A stretch of DNA of 64,000 nt from Nageia nagi (taxonomy: Eukaryota > Plantae > Pinophyta): assembly GCA_050084985.1 (NCBI GenBank), contig JBITNC010000001.1:5456001-5520000 (forward strand). Direction: 5' to 3'. Both the position numbers and the translations under genes were made by a program. The notes beneath the pieces are model-generated. The model saw only the letters and a program-made list of their open reading frames with translations. It was not told where the DNA came from and searched no databases. The number at the start of each line of letters is the position of its first letter. Position 1 is the stretch's first letter. Positions 1-14,039 of the stretch are shown piece after piece.

Positions 1-1760
1 ATAATTTTTATTTCTTAAAGAAGGACCACCTCAAGTTTCAGTTCCCTCTTATAAGCCAAAAAACTTTTGTGTCTTTTGAGGGCACAAACACCCCTTCCAT
101 TCCATAAAAGGATTCTCATTGCTTCATATATTTACTTTTCTTCCCTCCACCCCCAAAGAGGGTAGCTTGGGAACCTTTAGTTATATTTTCTTTTATTTCT
201 CAATTATGTAACACTCCTTTAGATGGTCTTCTCAGAAGATCCTTTCCAACTAATCCATGGAGTTTCTTCTTCTTCTTTTTGTTCTTCCAACTTGAAGTAA
301 CAACCACATTTTCTTCTTCATAATTCAATTCCTCATATTCATCTTAGAACTTGCCCCCCATAGGCTGAGCGAGGGAAGTAGCAAGAACATATGGATTCTT
401 TTCCACCTAGACTACCTACCCCGAGCTAGGTTCCAAAGGGGGTGGAAACTATGTTTCACGAACTCTATCCAAAGCTTCAATTAACACACCCATTATAGGA
501 TCTTCTACTTCTTGAGTTTGAAACACAATATCCCTTTCTCCTTGGTATTCTTCCTCTAACACTAGAATCTCTTCCTTAGAGGAGGAATCCTTAAGGTCCC
601 CCTCATTTTTCTTTACAATATAATTAGCCACTTATTTGTCTTCCATTAGGGTAATCAAAGCTTCTTCTAATAATGATCCTAGCCTCACAATTTCCAGTGC
701 TTTATGATACAGCAATTTCTCTTTTGCCAAAGGCCCCTTAGATTGATCCTTTAGGATAGTGAAATCATTACAAGTGGTGGCTCCCTTGAGTACCCTCTTA
801 TCACTCGAGCTTGAGGTTTCACCAACTTCTACTCTTTGGGTATTTCCTATCCAACCTTGTTGCTTCTTCATCCTCTTTTCCAGTTATTTCTAGGGACACC
901 AAGAGGAGGGTTCTCGTACTCAATCGGTTGAGACCAAACTCTTAACTCTAAGACTAATTCAATATATTTTGAAAGGTTTGAAGAAGGAAATATACTAACA
1001 CAATCTAGGAAAGATCATATGAGATTTTGCTATGGGAGCCTTATCAATGGTGATAAGATTTCCAATCCAGTTCCCAATCCTTGCTAGGATTTCATCATGC
1101 CAAAACTAAAATGAAAGGCCTTGAAGTCTAACCTAAATAGGTACAGAAGTAATGACTTGTACATTAATATTGACATCTAAATTCCATTTGATAAAAAATA
1201 AAGCCTATTATCCAAACATCCAAGGTCCCCCAAATAACACTTTTTAAAGGTCCTACCCCATGTATAACTTGATAAAAACTAACCCATTTGGAAGGGCCAT
1301 GATATCAAATCATCCTTTCATTTTCATTTTTGAAAAGCCCATTCTTGAATTGAAATATTTTTAGGTCCCAAAAAATTTCCCATGAGATTCAAAGCACCTT
1401 CCTTCATAATGATCTTAATGATATCTAGGGGGATAGTAAGCTTTCCTTTCAAGGCTCTGAGATTAAAGTAGGAAGCTAAAGGTGTTACGTTGGACCCTTG
1501 AGCCACTTGAGCATAAGATAATTTTTTTTTATTTTATTGGATGTTCATCTAAACATTCCATAGAATTTGGGATCTTGAATTCAACCTTAACATACAAAAC
1601 CAAATCAATGATAGGCTTACTTGTAGGAACCCCAAGTTCTAGAACACTAGAATCATACCCATCCCCTCCACCTCAATCTGGCACCTCGCCAAAACCACCT
1701 AGATCATCCACCCCAACCACATGGGCCACCTCACTCTCCACTTACTCCACATGGCTCTCC
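1..1760 (-). mobile_element. Degraded L1-type LINE: ORF1 (DUF4283-like) and start of ORF2 endonuclease; continues off the left edge
   Basis: Minus strand ~1160-1040 reads QVITSVPI*VRLQGLSF*FWHDEILARIGNWIG (plant LINE ORF1 'PVWVRL' motif). From ATG at 119 it reads MRILLWNGRGVCALKR...VVLL*EIK (APE endonuclease 'WNVRG...LQETK'). Many stops; the 5' boundary is approximate. Confidence 0.8.
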
Positions 1761-1925
1761 ATCTCCTTTTGTCTTCATCAAATCTATTGATAGTGAAACT
1801 TTTGACTACTTTCTAAGCTTCCTCTCATGTTCTTTGAATACTTAATGTATTATAAAGGAGTGTGAGAAATAACACATTAGTTAACATTATGTATCTATAT
1901 AAATAATAAATACATTAAAATCTAT

Positions 1926-4122
1926 TGTTGGCGTATGGTATTGTCATTATTATCAAAGGATGCCTTATATGAAGTAAGAAAGAAGTTTTTCTAGAAAAAT
2001 ACATTATACCAAAGTTTCAATAGTTTTTATAAGCATCTAGATTTATACAAATCCATCAAAATCAAATGCAAAAAAAAAATACACTATCTAGTGGAATTTG
2101 CTTATGCATACTTTGAACTAAATGGTCGTAACTCAAAGTGTTTGATTTCTCCATAATTTCAACAAAATTTAGTATTCCTTGCTTTGTTGGATCTCTAGTA
2201 AACTAAAATGCTCACTAATAATTCAAAAATGGCTAAGTATAACATTATTTTATCTTTTTGCTATTTCGATGAAATGTGTCAATTCTAATACTATTAAATC
2301 TTCATCGAAATTAAATAGATTTATTTCGATAATGTAAAGATATAGTGTGATGTCAATGATATCCAAAATATAGTTCTCCTTCGTATTATGATGTTTTTGG
2401 AATGCTAAAAAATGTTGTGATATCAATGTATTTTGAAGTGTAGATTTCCTTCACCTTATTATGTTTTTGGGGTGTAGAGAAATTTTATAACATCAAAGCC
2501 TTATGGAGTGCAAATTTCCCTTGTAAACTATGTGTTTTCAGAGTGCAGATTTCCCTTGTAATATTATGGTACCAAAATGTGGATGAGCTTGATGATTTTA
2601 GTGCTATCTAAAGTATGGATTCTTTAGCAGACACAACAAAATGACCTGGATTCGATGTGGATTATCTCAAGGAGAATATGGAAGAGTTTTTGCATCCATA
2701 CAAGGGCTTATGCGATGAAGCAAAACCTTATGCAAAGATGAAATAAGTTATGTGGAGGTACAATTGCTTATGCAAAGATGAAATACATTATGTGGATAGG
2801 TAAGGGACTATGCATAAGCTAATGTAGAGTTATCAAATCGCTACGAGGAGAGCCCAAACTTTATGCGGAGTAGATTGATGTTATGTTGTGGAGATAAAAA
2901 GAATGTGAAGGCAACAAAGACTTATGCTAAGATATTATGCAAAGGTTTAAGCTATTATGCAAAATCTTGAGACCTTATGCAGAGAATGAAGGGCTTATGC
3001 GATGAGATGTTATGTAGTATCTTAAAGCCTTATGTAAATATATGAAGTGTTATGCAAATGCCAGGAGTCTTATGTGAAGGTGTAAAGTGTTATGCAATAG
3101 TTTACAATCTTATGTGAAGGATCAATGTCTTATGTGGAGAAGCATGCGTTCTAGCTTGCAATTACGAGAATGATGGCAAGACACTTATGTAGTTTTAATT
3201 GCTCATTAAATACTTGTATCAAGTGTTGTAGTTACTCGAGGATGTTGCAGCTTATTGAATTCTCAATTTTGTCACTAAAATGAAACCACTTGTAATTGAA
3301 TGTAAAGAAATTGGAGGGAAGTTATAATGATGATGAATTATAGAGAAGATATATATGAAAAACCTTGTGTGAAGTAATAAGAGGAAAATATATAGTGAAA
3401 TTAGAAAAATATCTATGAGCAATGGGTTGTAATATTGTTTTATAAGAAAAATAATGTTTATGATACTCTAAAGATGGGAAGTAATAAATTCAAGACATGT
3501 TAGTATCCTATAGCTAAAAAAGGATTGAAAAATGTATGAGCTGCAATATGATGAGGTGAATATATATGAACAGACTACCATTGACAAGAAGAAGATAATA
3601 AAATGGAAACAAGGGAAGAATAATGGCTATAAAGATTGACTACACATTTCTTTTAGAGATAGTCAGATGAATAATGTTAATGAGCTAAAGATCATAGAAG
3701 GATATGTATATAATGAAGGCATTTTTATGTCAAACTTATGAACTAGATTTGAATTCCAAGTTGGTGCTTGGATCAAGGGTTAGTTCTCCTTGCATTAGGT
3801 ACTATAGAACTAAGGGTTTGGCATTCCTTGCAGTAGATGCTACAAAACTAGGGGGTTGGTGCTCCTTTCAGTTGGTGTCGATAAATGATTGTAAGGTTGG
3901 AGCTTTACGTTGGTTGGATTTGGACCATGATCCAAGTAGTCTTATCTAGGGATATAGCCACATTGGTGAACCTCATTACATCTTGTGTTGTGTGATGTTC
4001 TTTTGTTATGCATACTTGATTTTATAATTGCACTTTTTAATTGTAAGTGGCAAAGTTAAAATTTTAAGTTTGATATTATCACACTAATTCACCCCCCTCT
4101 TTGTGTCACTTGGTGTTTATCA
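1926..4122 (+). repeat. 5' LTR of Copia element 1
   Basis: Direct repeat of 9366-11524, visibly diverged with indels; ends ...GGTGTTTATCA before the PBS. Confidence 0.9.
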
Positions 4123-4188
4123 TTTTGTATTAGAGCCATGCCATTGCATCAAGTCTAATCAACTAAGAGTGATACAAGGAGTGACATT

Positions 4189-7100
4189 ATGGCAAGTGGA
4201 GAAGGTTTCTCATCAAACAAAGCCCTTTATTTGATGGAATAAATTATGCTTTCTAGAATATAAGGATGCAAGCTTTTATATGTGCTTTTGGATTTGACAT
4301 TTGGAAATTAGTGTCATTTGGTTATCCTACTCCTACTACTCCTCTAATTGATGCAGTTGGAAAGAAACTATGTGAGAATGACTCAAAGGTTAGAAATGCT
4401 TTAATGTGTGGTTTGGTTGATAGTGAACTGTTAAAGATTATAAGTTGCATATCAACCAAAGAAATATGGGATAAACTGAAAAGAAGTCATATAAAAGAAG
4501 CTAAGTTGCAAACATTCATATCTCGATTTGAAATTCTAAAGATGAATAATGAAGATGATATATCTACATCCTTGCTCAAGGTAAATGAAGTGACAAATGC
4601 AATTAGAGGACTAGGAGAGAAGATAAAAGATAAGATGATAGTTAAGAAAATTTTGAGATCCTTGGCACCAAGATTTGAATCAAAAGTGTTTACCATAAAT
4701 GAAGCAAAAGATCTAGATACATTCTCAATGGATGAAATGTATGGTTCTTTAATAATGTATGAAATGAGGATAGGAAAAAATAAGTCTACTAATAGAGAGT
4801 CAATGTTTAAATCATCAAAAATTACTAAAGGTAAATTAGATTCTAAGGAAGAAGATATATCAGATTATAAAGAGTTTAATTTTTTCTGGAATCTTAAAAG
4901 GGGATAAGGAAAATACAAAGCAAATTACCTCTAAAATGTTTCAATTGTGATGGTGTTGGTCATTTTGCTAATAAATGTCCATATAGAGAAAAGAATGACA
5001 ATGATGACTACATAAGAAAGCCAAGGAACAATAATTACAAAAATAAATATAGAAATTTCAAAAAGGAGAATCTAGTTAGTAAAATAAGTCTTGTTTCTAA
5101 AGAAAGTGAAGATGAATTTGCTAATGATTCAAATAATGAATCTTAAGATGAACATGCTAAAGCGTTATTTATGGCCTTTGAAACCAATAATGAGAAAGAT
5201 GAAATTGTTGAAAGTCTTGATGACTGTGAAGAAGAAGTTGTAGTTGATCTAGAATTGGAGCTAATAGTTGCTTTAGATGATCTTGATAATGAAAGAAGAA
5301 AGTGTAAGAAATTGACCAAGAAATTAAATAATGCCAATGATGAAATTGAAGAAATGAAAGTCTAGTTACAAGAGTTCAAAGTAACTGAAGAATCTCTACA
5401 ATTTCAATTGACTAATAGAATGGATGTCTATCACAAAAAGTCAAGATAAATGTTAAGTTTACCTAAAGTTTAGAGCAATTTGATCAAATGTTGAGAGCAC
5501 AAAGACATCCAATAATAAAATTTGGCCTAGGATTTGAGCCTACAAAAACCTTAATGGTAGCTGACTAATGGTTACTCAACACTAAATCAAATGATACTCA
5601 ATCTAATAGTAAAATGAAATAGGAGGTTAAGAATAATCAATCCAATGATAATCAAGAAGATAGTAATGATGGTTTCATCAAGGTTGATAAGAAAGCAAGG
5701 AGAATTCCAATAAGGAAAATAAGCCAAGTTTATAAACAAAATAAGTATTTTATTCCTATTCTAATTATAGCAACTGATTTATGGCTATTGTTATAAATGC
5801 AATTCTTTGGTCATAAGATATCATTTTGTAGAACGAATACTCAACCAATAAATTTTGTGCATAGAAATAGTTTCACTTCTTTGATAGATTTCACTATGGA
5901 ATGCTATAAATTCCATAATTATGGGCACATAACAAAATTTTGTAGAAGCAAGTTAGTTAATACACCTAAGCCTAGTAACAAAGATTATAAAATATTTGAG
6001 CCAAAAGCCAAAGTGAATAATACTACACTTAAAGGAGTCTGGAAAAAGAAAGATAACAATGTAACTGAATCATTAATTTTTCAAGTAACTCTTAAAGCTA
6101 AGAACAAGTCAATACCTTGGATTATTGATATTGGCTATATAAAGCACATGAACAAAGATAAACAAATTTGAAAATCTACAACAATATGAGGGATTAATCA
6201 TGTTTGGAAATAATAATGGTGCCAAAATAGTTGGCAAAGGAGCAGTGAAAATGGGAAATTGAAAGGTGAAGTCTAAAGAAGTTCTATTTGTTATTGGTTT
6301 GAAATATAACTTATTGAGTGTTACCCAAATATGTGACAAAGGTAATGATGTGATCTTCAAAAAGCATGGGTGTGAAATAAGGAGATCAAAAAGTGGACAA
6401 CTTGTAGCATCTAGAAGAAGGACAACTAATAACTTATACACTCTAACTAAAACATCTGAATGATCTTGTCTACTTAGACAAGAAGACACTACCTCATTAT
6501 GGCATAAGAGACTTGGACACATCAATTTTTAAAATATCACAAAAAATAGTACAAAGGAGGCAATAAGGGATATGCTAATAATCTCCAAGTCATCTAATAA
6601 TATATGTTCTTCATGTCAAAAAGGTAGGCAAACTAAAACCTCCTTCAAGGCTAAAGAACATCATTCTAGCAAACCCCTTGAGTTAGTTCATACTAACTTA
6701 TGTGGACCTACTAGAACTCAAAGTATACATGGCCATAAATACTTTATGTTGTTTATAGATGATTACTCAAGAATGACATTGACACACTTCCTTAAACATA
6801 AATTTGAAACCTTTGATATGTTTGTAAGTTTCAAGAATATGGTTAAAAATCATATTGGTAGAAAAATCATCTTTCTTAGATCAGATATAGGAGGAGAATT
6901 CATTTCTAAAGATTTTGTTGAATACTATGAGAAACATGGCATCAAAAGATAATTCTCAGCTACTAGAATACCATAACAAAATGGTGTTGTGGAAAGAAAG
7001 AACAAAATAGTGCAAGAGATGGCCAAAACCATGATGATTGAGAATAAAGTAAATAATAGGTTCTAGGAGGTAGTACACACAAATATTCACATTCATAATA

Positions 7101-9078
7101 TATGTATGTTCAGACCACATGAAAATAAAATTCCATACAAATTATGGTTTGGAAGAAAGGCTACAGTCGAACATTTCAAAATCTTTGGGAGTAAATGCTA
7201 TATAAGAAATACTAAAGAAAATTTGGGCAAGTTTGAAGACAAAGCCGATGAAGGAATTTTTATGGGTTACTCATGAAAAAGCAAAGCCTACCAATGCTAC
7301 AATAAGAGACTTGGAAAGATTGTAGAAAGTGCAAATGTAAAGGTTGATGAAGGAATTATTCAAATGTCAAGCAATTATGATGATTATCCCATGTATGAAG
7401 ATAAATAAGAGGAGCAATGACCATGAGTTTTACCTAAATCATCACCATTTTCCTCACATAGATCATCACCACCAGCATCATCTAATTCATAAACATAAGA
7501 AACACCTAAACCATCATCACCAAGCTCACCAAAAGCATTTGGAAAATGTTGGTAATTAAATCATCCAAGCTAACAAATCATTGGAAATCCCAATATGGGT
7601 GTTCAAACAAGAAGAAAGGTTACCCAAATTCAGGAACATATAAATTATGCTCTATTGTCTCATTTGGAACCCAAGAATGTTGTAGAAGTAAGTAAAAATG
7701 AAGGTTGGGTATAGGAAATGGAAGAAGAGCTATGTTAGATTGAAAAGAATAATACATAGGAGCTTATTCCTGGACCTACAGACAATAATGTCATTGGTAC
7801 CAAGTGGGTATTCAAGAACAAATTGAATTAAGAAGGCAAGGTTGTATGATACAAGGCAAGATTAGTTTGTAAAGGTTATGCACAAATTGAAGGTATTGAC
7901 TTTGTAGAAACCTTTGCTCCTGTAGCTAGACTAGAAGATATTAGAATCTTTCTTGCTCTAACTATTTTCAAGAATTTTAAAGTATATCAAATGGATTTTA
8001 AATTGACATTTCTCAATGGAAAGTTAGAAGAGGAAGTGTATATTGAGCTACCAGATGACTTTCAACTAGGGCATGGTATGCAAGGCTAGATAATTATCTT
8101 CTACAAAAAAGGTTTAAGAGAGGTATGGTGGATAATAACCTATATGTTAGAACTCAAAATGATAATCAACTTGTCATTGTTGTCTATGTATATGATATCA
8201 TTTTTGGTGGATGCAAGAGTGAAACATGTAAAGAATTTTCTAATTGAATGCAAAATGAATTTGAAATATCTATGGTGGGTGAGCTATCTTACTTTCTTAG
8301 CTTGCAAGTGAGTTAATTAGATAAGGGCATATTCATATCTCAAATTAAATATGTGAAGGAGATGTTGAAAAGTTTAACATGTAAGATAGTAAACTAATGA
8401 ACACTCCCATGATGACTAGGTACAAATTGAGTAAAGAAGATAATTCTTCTCCTGTTGATCAAACTCTTTATAGATCAATGATTAGTGGTTTATTATATTT
8501 GACTACATATAGACTAGATATATTATAAGCAGTGCGCATGGTTGTAAGATTTCAAGTAACATCGAAAGAAACACATTTTACAGTTGTAAAATGAATTTTT
8601 AGATATCTCAGAGGCACTATGGACTACAAGCTATGGTATCCCAAAGGAGTAAAGAAGATAATTGCTTATTCATAAATAGATTGGGTAGGTTGTGTGGATG
8701 ATAGAAAGAGCACAAGTGGAGGTGCATTTTTTTTAAGTGATAATATTGTATCATGGCATAATAAAAAGTAAGACTCAGTATCATTATCTATAGTTGAAGC
8801 TGAATACATTGCATCAGTATACTATTATACATAAGTTTTGTGGATGAAAAAAACTATGAAGAATTTATGCTATCAATATTTTAAAAAATCCTGTTATGCA
8901 TTCAAGAACAAAACATATAGCCATCAGGTATCATTTTTTAAAAGAGAAAGTAGTAGTCAAGTTAGAGTTTGTGCCCATGATAGAACAAATAACTGATATC
9001 TTTACCAAACTATTTCCCAAGGATATTTTTGAATATTTGAGATAAAAATTGGGAGTGATTACACTTCCCAAACACTAG
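4189..9078 (+). pseudogene. Disrupted Copia gag-pol polyprotein
   Basis: Gag (ORF 4266-4907) with several CCHC knuckles. Protease WIIDIG. GAG-pre-integrase LWHKRLGH. Integrase ELVHTNLCGP...FIDDYSR (6572-6952). [15 protein letters not shown]. RNase H RTKHIAIRYHF. Numerous stops and frameshifts. Confidence 0.9.
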
Positions 9079-9365
9079 TCAACTCTTGGTTGCACATTCT
9101 TAGGGGGAGCAATTTTCACTTTCTATTTTTTGCTCCTATTTCTATTGATTTTTATTTATATTTCTAACACAAACTTGAGAATGGTACATGGACTTTGGGG
9201 GAGCCCTCTGATAAGCATGGATGTAGAGATTACAAGAGAGTTTTTCACATTATTGGCCATAGAGATCAATGCCACCCTTTTATCATTATTGGTAAAAAGG
9301 GGAAAAAGGACATGGTATGAATGCTTGATACTTGAGTTTTTGAAAAAAATACCAAAGGGGGAGAT

Positions 9366-11524
9366 TGTGGACTTATGGTGTTGTCATTATTATCAAAGGA
9401 TGCCTTATATAAAGTAAGAAAGAAGTTTTGCTGGAAAATAATATTATGCTAAAGTTCTGATAGTTTTTATAGGTATTTGGATTTGGACAAATTCATCAAA
9501 ATCAAATGCACAAGAAAATACACTATCCAATAGAATTTGCTTATGCATACTTCAAACTAAATGGTTGAAACTCAAAGTGTTTGATTTCTCTATTGTTTCA
9601 ACAACATTTAGTATGCCCACTTTGCCAGATCTTCAACAAACTCAAATGCTCATCAATCATTCAAAAATGGCTAAGTATAATGTTATTTTATTTTGCTACT
9701 ATTCTAATGAAATATGTCCATTCTAATACTATCAGATCTCTATCAGAATCAAACAAAGTTATTTTCATAATACAGAGATATATTGTGATGTCAACGATAT
9801 CTAGAATATGGATCTCCTTTGTATTATGATATTTTTGGGGTATGAAAAAATGTTATGATGTTAACATCTTCTGGAGTGCGAATTTCTTTCACCTTATTGT
9901 ATTTTTGAGGTGTGAAGAAATGTTGTGACATTTAAGCCTTTTGGAGTGCAGATATCCCTTCTAACATTTTGGTTTTAGGATGTGAATGAACTTGATGATG
10001 TAAATGCTATCCAAAGAGCAAACACTATAGAATGACCTATATTCGATGTAGATTATCTTAGGGAGAATACAAAAGAGTTTATGCGGTTAAACAAGGGCTT
10101 ATCTTATGAAGTGGAACCTTATGCGAAGATGAAATATGTTATGTGGAGATGCAATTATTTATGCGAAGATGAAATATGTTATGCAGATAGTTAAGGGATT
10201 ATGCAGAAGTTGATATAGAGTTACCAAGTCTCTATACAGAAAGCCCAAACTTTATGCAAAGTAGATTGATGTTATATTGTAGAGACAAATAATATGTGGA
10301 GGCAACAAAGACTTATGCTAAGATGTTATGTAGAGGTTTAAGCCATTATACAGTCAAGAAATGTCTTATGCGATGATGGAGCTAGTTATGTAGAATCTCA
10401 AGACCTTATGCAAATGCTTATATGCTTATTCAAAGAAGGAAGGGCTTATGCGATCATGCATTATACGATAGTTTAAAGCCTTATGTAAAGATATGAAATG
10501 TTATGTGAATGCTAAGAGTCTTGTGTGGAGGTGCAAAGTGTTATGTGATAGATTACAGTCTTATGCGAAGGATCAATATCTTATACAAAGAAGCATATTT
10601 TCTAGCTTGTAGTTACGAGAATGATGGCAGCACACTTATATAGTTTTAATTGCTCCCTGAACACTTGTATTAAGTGTTGTAGTTGCTTGAGGATGTTGTA
10701 GCTTCTTGAATTCTTAGTTTTGTAATTGAAACAAAACCACTTGTAATTGAATGTAAAGAAATTGGAGGGCACTTATAATGATGATGGATTATAGAGAAGA
10801 TATATACAAAAAGTCTTGTGTGAAGTAATAGATGACAAATATATCATGAAATCAAAAAAATATCTGCAAATAGTGGGTTGTAATATTTTTGATAAGAAAA
10901 ATAATGTTTATGGTACTCTAAAGATGGGAAGTAACAAAGTCAAGATATGCTAGTATCCTATAGCCAAAAAAGGATTGAAAAACATATGAGCTGCAAGATG
11001 ATGAGGTGAATATATATGAGTAGACTACCATTGATAAGAAGAAGATAACATAATGGAAATGAACCATATTTGAATTCCAAGTTGGTGCTTAGCTTAGGGG
11101 TTGGTGGTCCTTGTAGTAGGTGCTACATAATTGAGGGGTTGATGCTCCTTACAGAAGGTGTTACAAAATTGAGGGGTTGGTTCTCTTTGCAGTAGGTGTT
11201 GTAGAACTAAGGGTTTGGTGCTCCTTACAGTAGATGTTATAGAATTGGGGGGTCAGTGCTTCTTCCAGTTGGTGCTAGTAAATGGTTGTAAAGTTGGAGC
11301 TTTACATTGGTTGGATTTGGACCATGATCCAAGCAATCTGATCCAAGGATGTAGCCACATTGGTGAATCTTGATACATCTTATGTTGTGTGATATTATTC
11401 TACAATGCAAGCTTTACTTGATTTTATAATTGCATTACTTTATTTTAAGTGGCAAAGTTAAATATTAAGTTTGATTTTACAAACTAATTCACCTGCCCCT
11501 CTCAGTGTCACTTGGTGTTTATCA
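9366..11524 (+). repeat. 3' LTR of Copia element 1
   Basis: Starts TGTGG after the PPT, ends ...GTTTATCA; homologous to 1926-4122. Confidence 0.9.
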
Positions 11525-13836
11525 TCTACTCTAATGTATAATAATAAATATTTATGGTTTCTAATGGTGGTTGCTAAGTTTGTTATCATAAATGATTGTA
11601 ACTCCCTACATCTCATGTATTTATTTGATGTTTCTCGGTAATACAAATCATATTGGTTCTCTCTTCATTATTTTAGAACATTGAGCATTAACCTTGATAA
11701 ATATTATTAATCTCTTATAAACACGAGAACAAAATTTATCTGAGATCTTAGTTTGAATTTAACTAAACACATCAATAAGCATTTAAGAGACTTGGAGCAA
11801 ATATTAGTTTAACATTATCAATGCATCAGAAAAATAATAATCAAAGTATTACAACACTCAATAATGAATAATAACCATGAACATGATATGATAGATCAAT
11901 GTTCTTATACAATGTCTCTCAATAAGCTCTCTGTATAGTCTACATTGCTATGCTATTATATGTTATGCCATATTACATTACATTATGATACTCTATGATT
12001 AATCCTTTATATAAATCCTTAGAATTCACTAGAAAATAATATAGGAAGCATAAACATTATACCTATGATTAAACATATAATCCATGAACCCTAAGAAACC
12101 AAACAAACCAAAAAATAATTGTACAAATTAACAAAATGCACCAAAAACCTATGAATTAGAAAAATATTGATGAAATGCACTGGCACTTACAAACCACATA
12201 TGCATTTAAGAAATGCACTCACATTTGAGGTGAACACATGTGATTTGGAATTGCACTTGTGTTTAGAGATGATTGCAACATGTAATTATCATGGACGTTT
12301 GCAATCTGGAGGTAAAACACGATCACATTTCTAATGAAATGCATTGAATCATCATGTTTCTAGATAGAGAGGTAGAAACTAAGGTTTGAGGTTAAATTTG
12401 CAATTCAATTTATCTTAAATTCCAATATTCTCATCCTTGATGTCGAAAGAACTCATTCTAGGAGTTCAAAAGCATCACAAACTAGTCAATTGATGTTTTC
12501 TTTTATTTCTTCCAGTTTTAAGTTAGGAAATTCAAAAACATAATTTTTTTTGGCATTTACACTCCTTATGCTCTTCATGCGGGTTATCCTTTATCAAATT
12601 TCCTTCTTATTAAAATCAATTGAATGTCTTTTGATGATCATCTCCCTCATTAAAAACTCTTCTATTGACATTCCAATAATTTCAAATGTATTAGTTCTCC
12701 ATAACCAATCTTGCTCATAATCACCATTTACATTATGATCTTTAAACCATATTCCTTTTCTTGATATTACTCTTGAGTGTTTACAAAAATTACATGGTCT
12801 TAAATCAAAAAATTAATATTGAATGGGAGGCACATGCAAAAGGCCTCATCATGATATTACCATAACTAACACATGAATAGAACAAGTCACCACCTTTGAT
12901 CAAAGGTATAGATGGAGGGATCACGTTAATCAAACAAGATGGTGCATGTATATATTTACTATGATAACAATTGTAGTTACTTTTTATATTTTCTTTAGCA
13001 AAATTCATTGCAAAATAATGATCAAAAAAAGATTTGAATTAGAAAATGGTAAAAACTTCAAGGAATATGAGATTATGTGGCAAATATTATGTAGAGAGGG
13101 CATCAAATGATTCATGGATGCATTGTAGGGCTCCAATGATAGTTAATAGAGGAATCTGGTTACAAACTCTTTGAAGGAAGGGTGACTATAGATGGTACCT
13201 GCTTTATGATTAATATATAGTTAATTACAACTATTACAAGAATGAGGAATGCAAGTCTTAGATGGTACCCACTTTATTTTGCAGGATTTGGTTGAACAAG
13301 GATGAATTGCTTAGTGAAAGAAAAAGGATTAGGTGGTCCAAGGATGGGTTGGCCATAGAGAAAGAAGGTAAGGAATGAAAATGATGGTCTATCTAAACGA
13401 AGAAGATAACCCATGAGGGCAACCTGATATCATGTAGGATCATTTGTATACATGCATGTTTGTGTATGGATGGATTTGCCCTTATGGAGTGCTATGATAT
13501 CACTAGTATCAAGCTTTGTTTTACTCACTTGCAGAGTAAGAAAGAGATAATAAGCTAAATATTTAAATAAGTATGATAAAATAGTATACTTTGTGCGAGT
13601 ATAACATTTTATAGCTTTTTGATGTCTAGTTAAATGGTGAGATATTAATTCATAAAGTAATGATATAAAAAATAAGAGAAAATAAATTAAGATAAAACTT
13701 ATTAAATAAATTTATTGATATTTGATAATGTATGATTTACATTATTTTTAAATGATATTATCTTTAAAATTATATTACTAACTTCAAAAAATAATAATTC
13801 ATTTGAGAAAGTTATTAAAAATAATATTATATTATT

Positions 13837-14039
13837 TTTTTATTGGTAAACAAGAGGTGAGTACTTGGGAGATGTTCTAGCTAGGAATGCGGGTCGAGTC
13901 CCCTTAGCACACATGAACACCAATTGACTCCTTGATAGCCTTCACTAAACATTTGATGACCCACCAAGGGTGGAGTTGAACATGAGACCTCCTCAGCGGT
14001 ACCCAGGAGCATTTGTCGTTACACCACCCCTCAAGGGCT
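13837..14039 (-). mobile_element. tRNA-derived SINE (~200 bp)
   Basis: Minus strand: A-box-like TGGTGTAACGAC (14026-14015), B-box GTTCAACTCC (13981-13972), A-rich tail, and 17-bp TSD AATAATATTATATTATT (13820-36) / AACAATATTATATTATT (14040-56). GC-rich island in AT-rich DNA. Confidence 0.8.

Larger units (their letters stand above)
1926..11524 (+). mobile_element. Full-length but decayed Ty1/Copia LTR retrotransposon with ~2.2 kb LTRs
   Basis: TG...CA termini. TSD TCTAT(1921-25)/TCTAC(11525-29). Degenerate Met PBS TTGTATTAGAGCC at 4125-4137. PPT AAAGGGGGAGAT at ~9354-9365. Domain order gag-PR-INT-RT-RH. Confidence 0.93.

Noticed and set aside
2700-3195. CRISPR-like repeat/spacer appearance of the TTATG array
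   Set aside because: The core is only ~6 bp, lies inside plant LTRs, and there are no cas genes.
7344-7559. His-rich ORF
   Set aside because: Alternative frame of the Pro/Ser-rich integrase-RT linker of Copia 1.
11525-13560. Probable old LTR/Gypsy remnants upstream of the gene
   Set aside because: Too decayed to assign boundaries or domains reliably.
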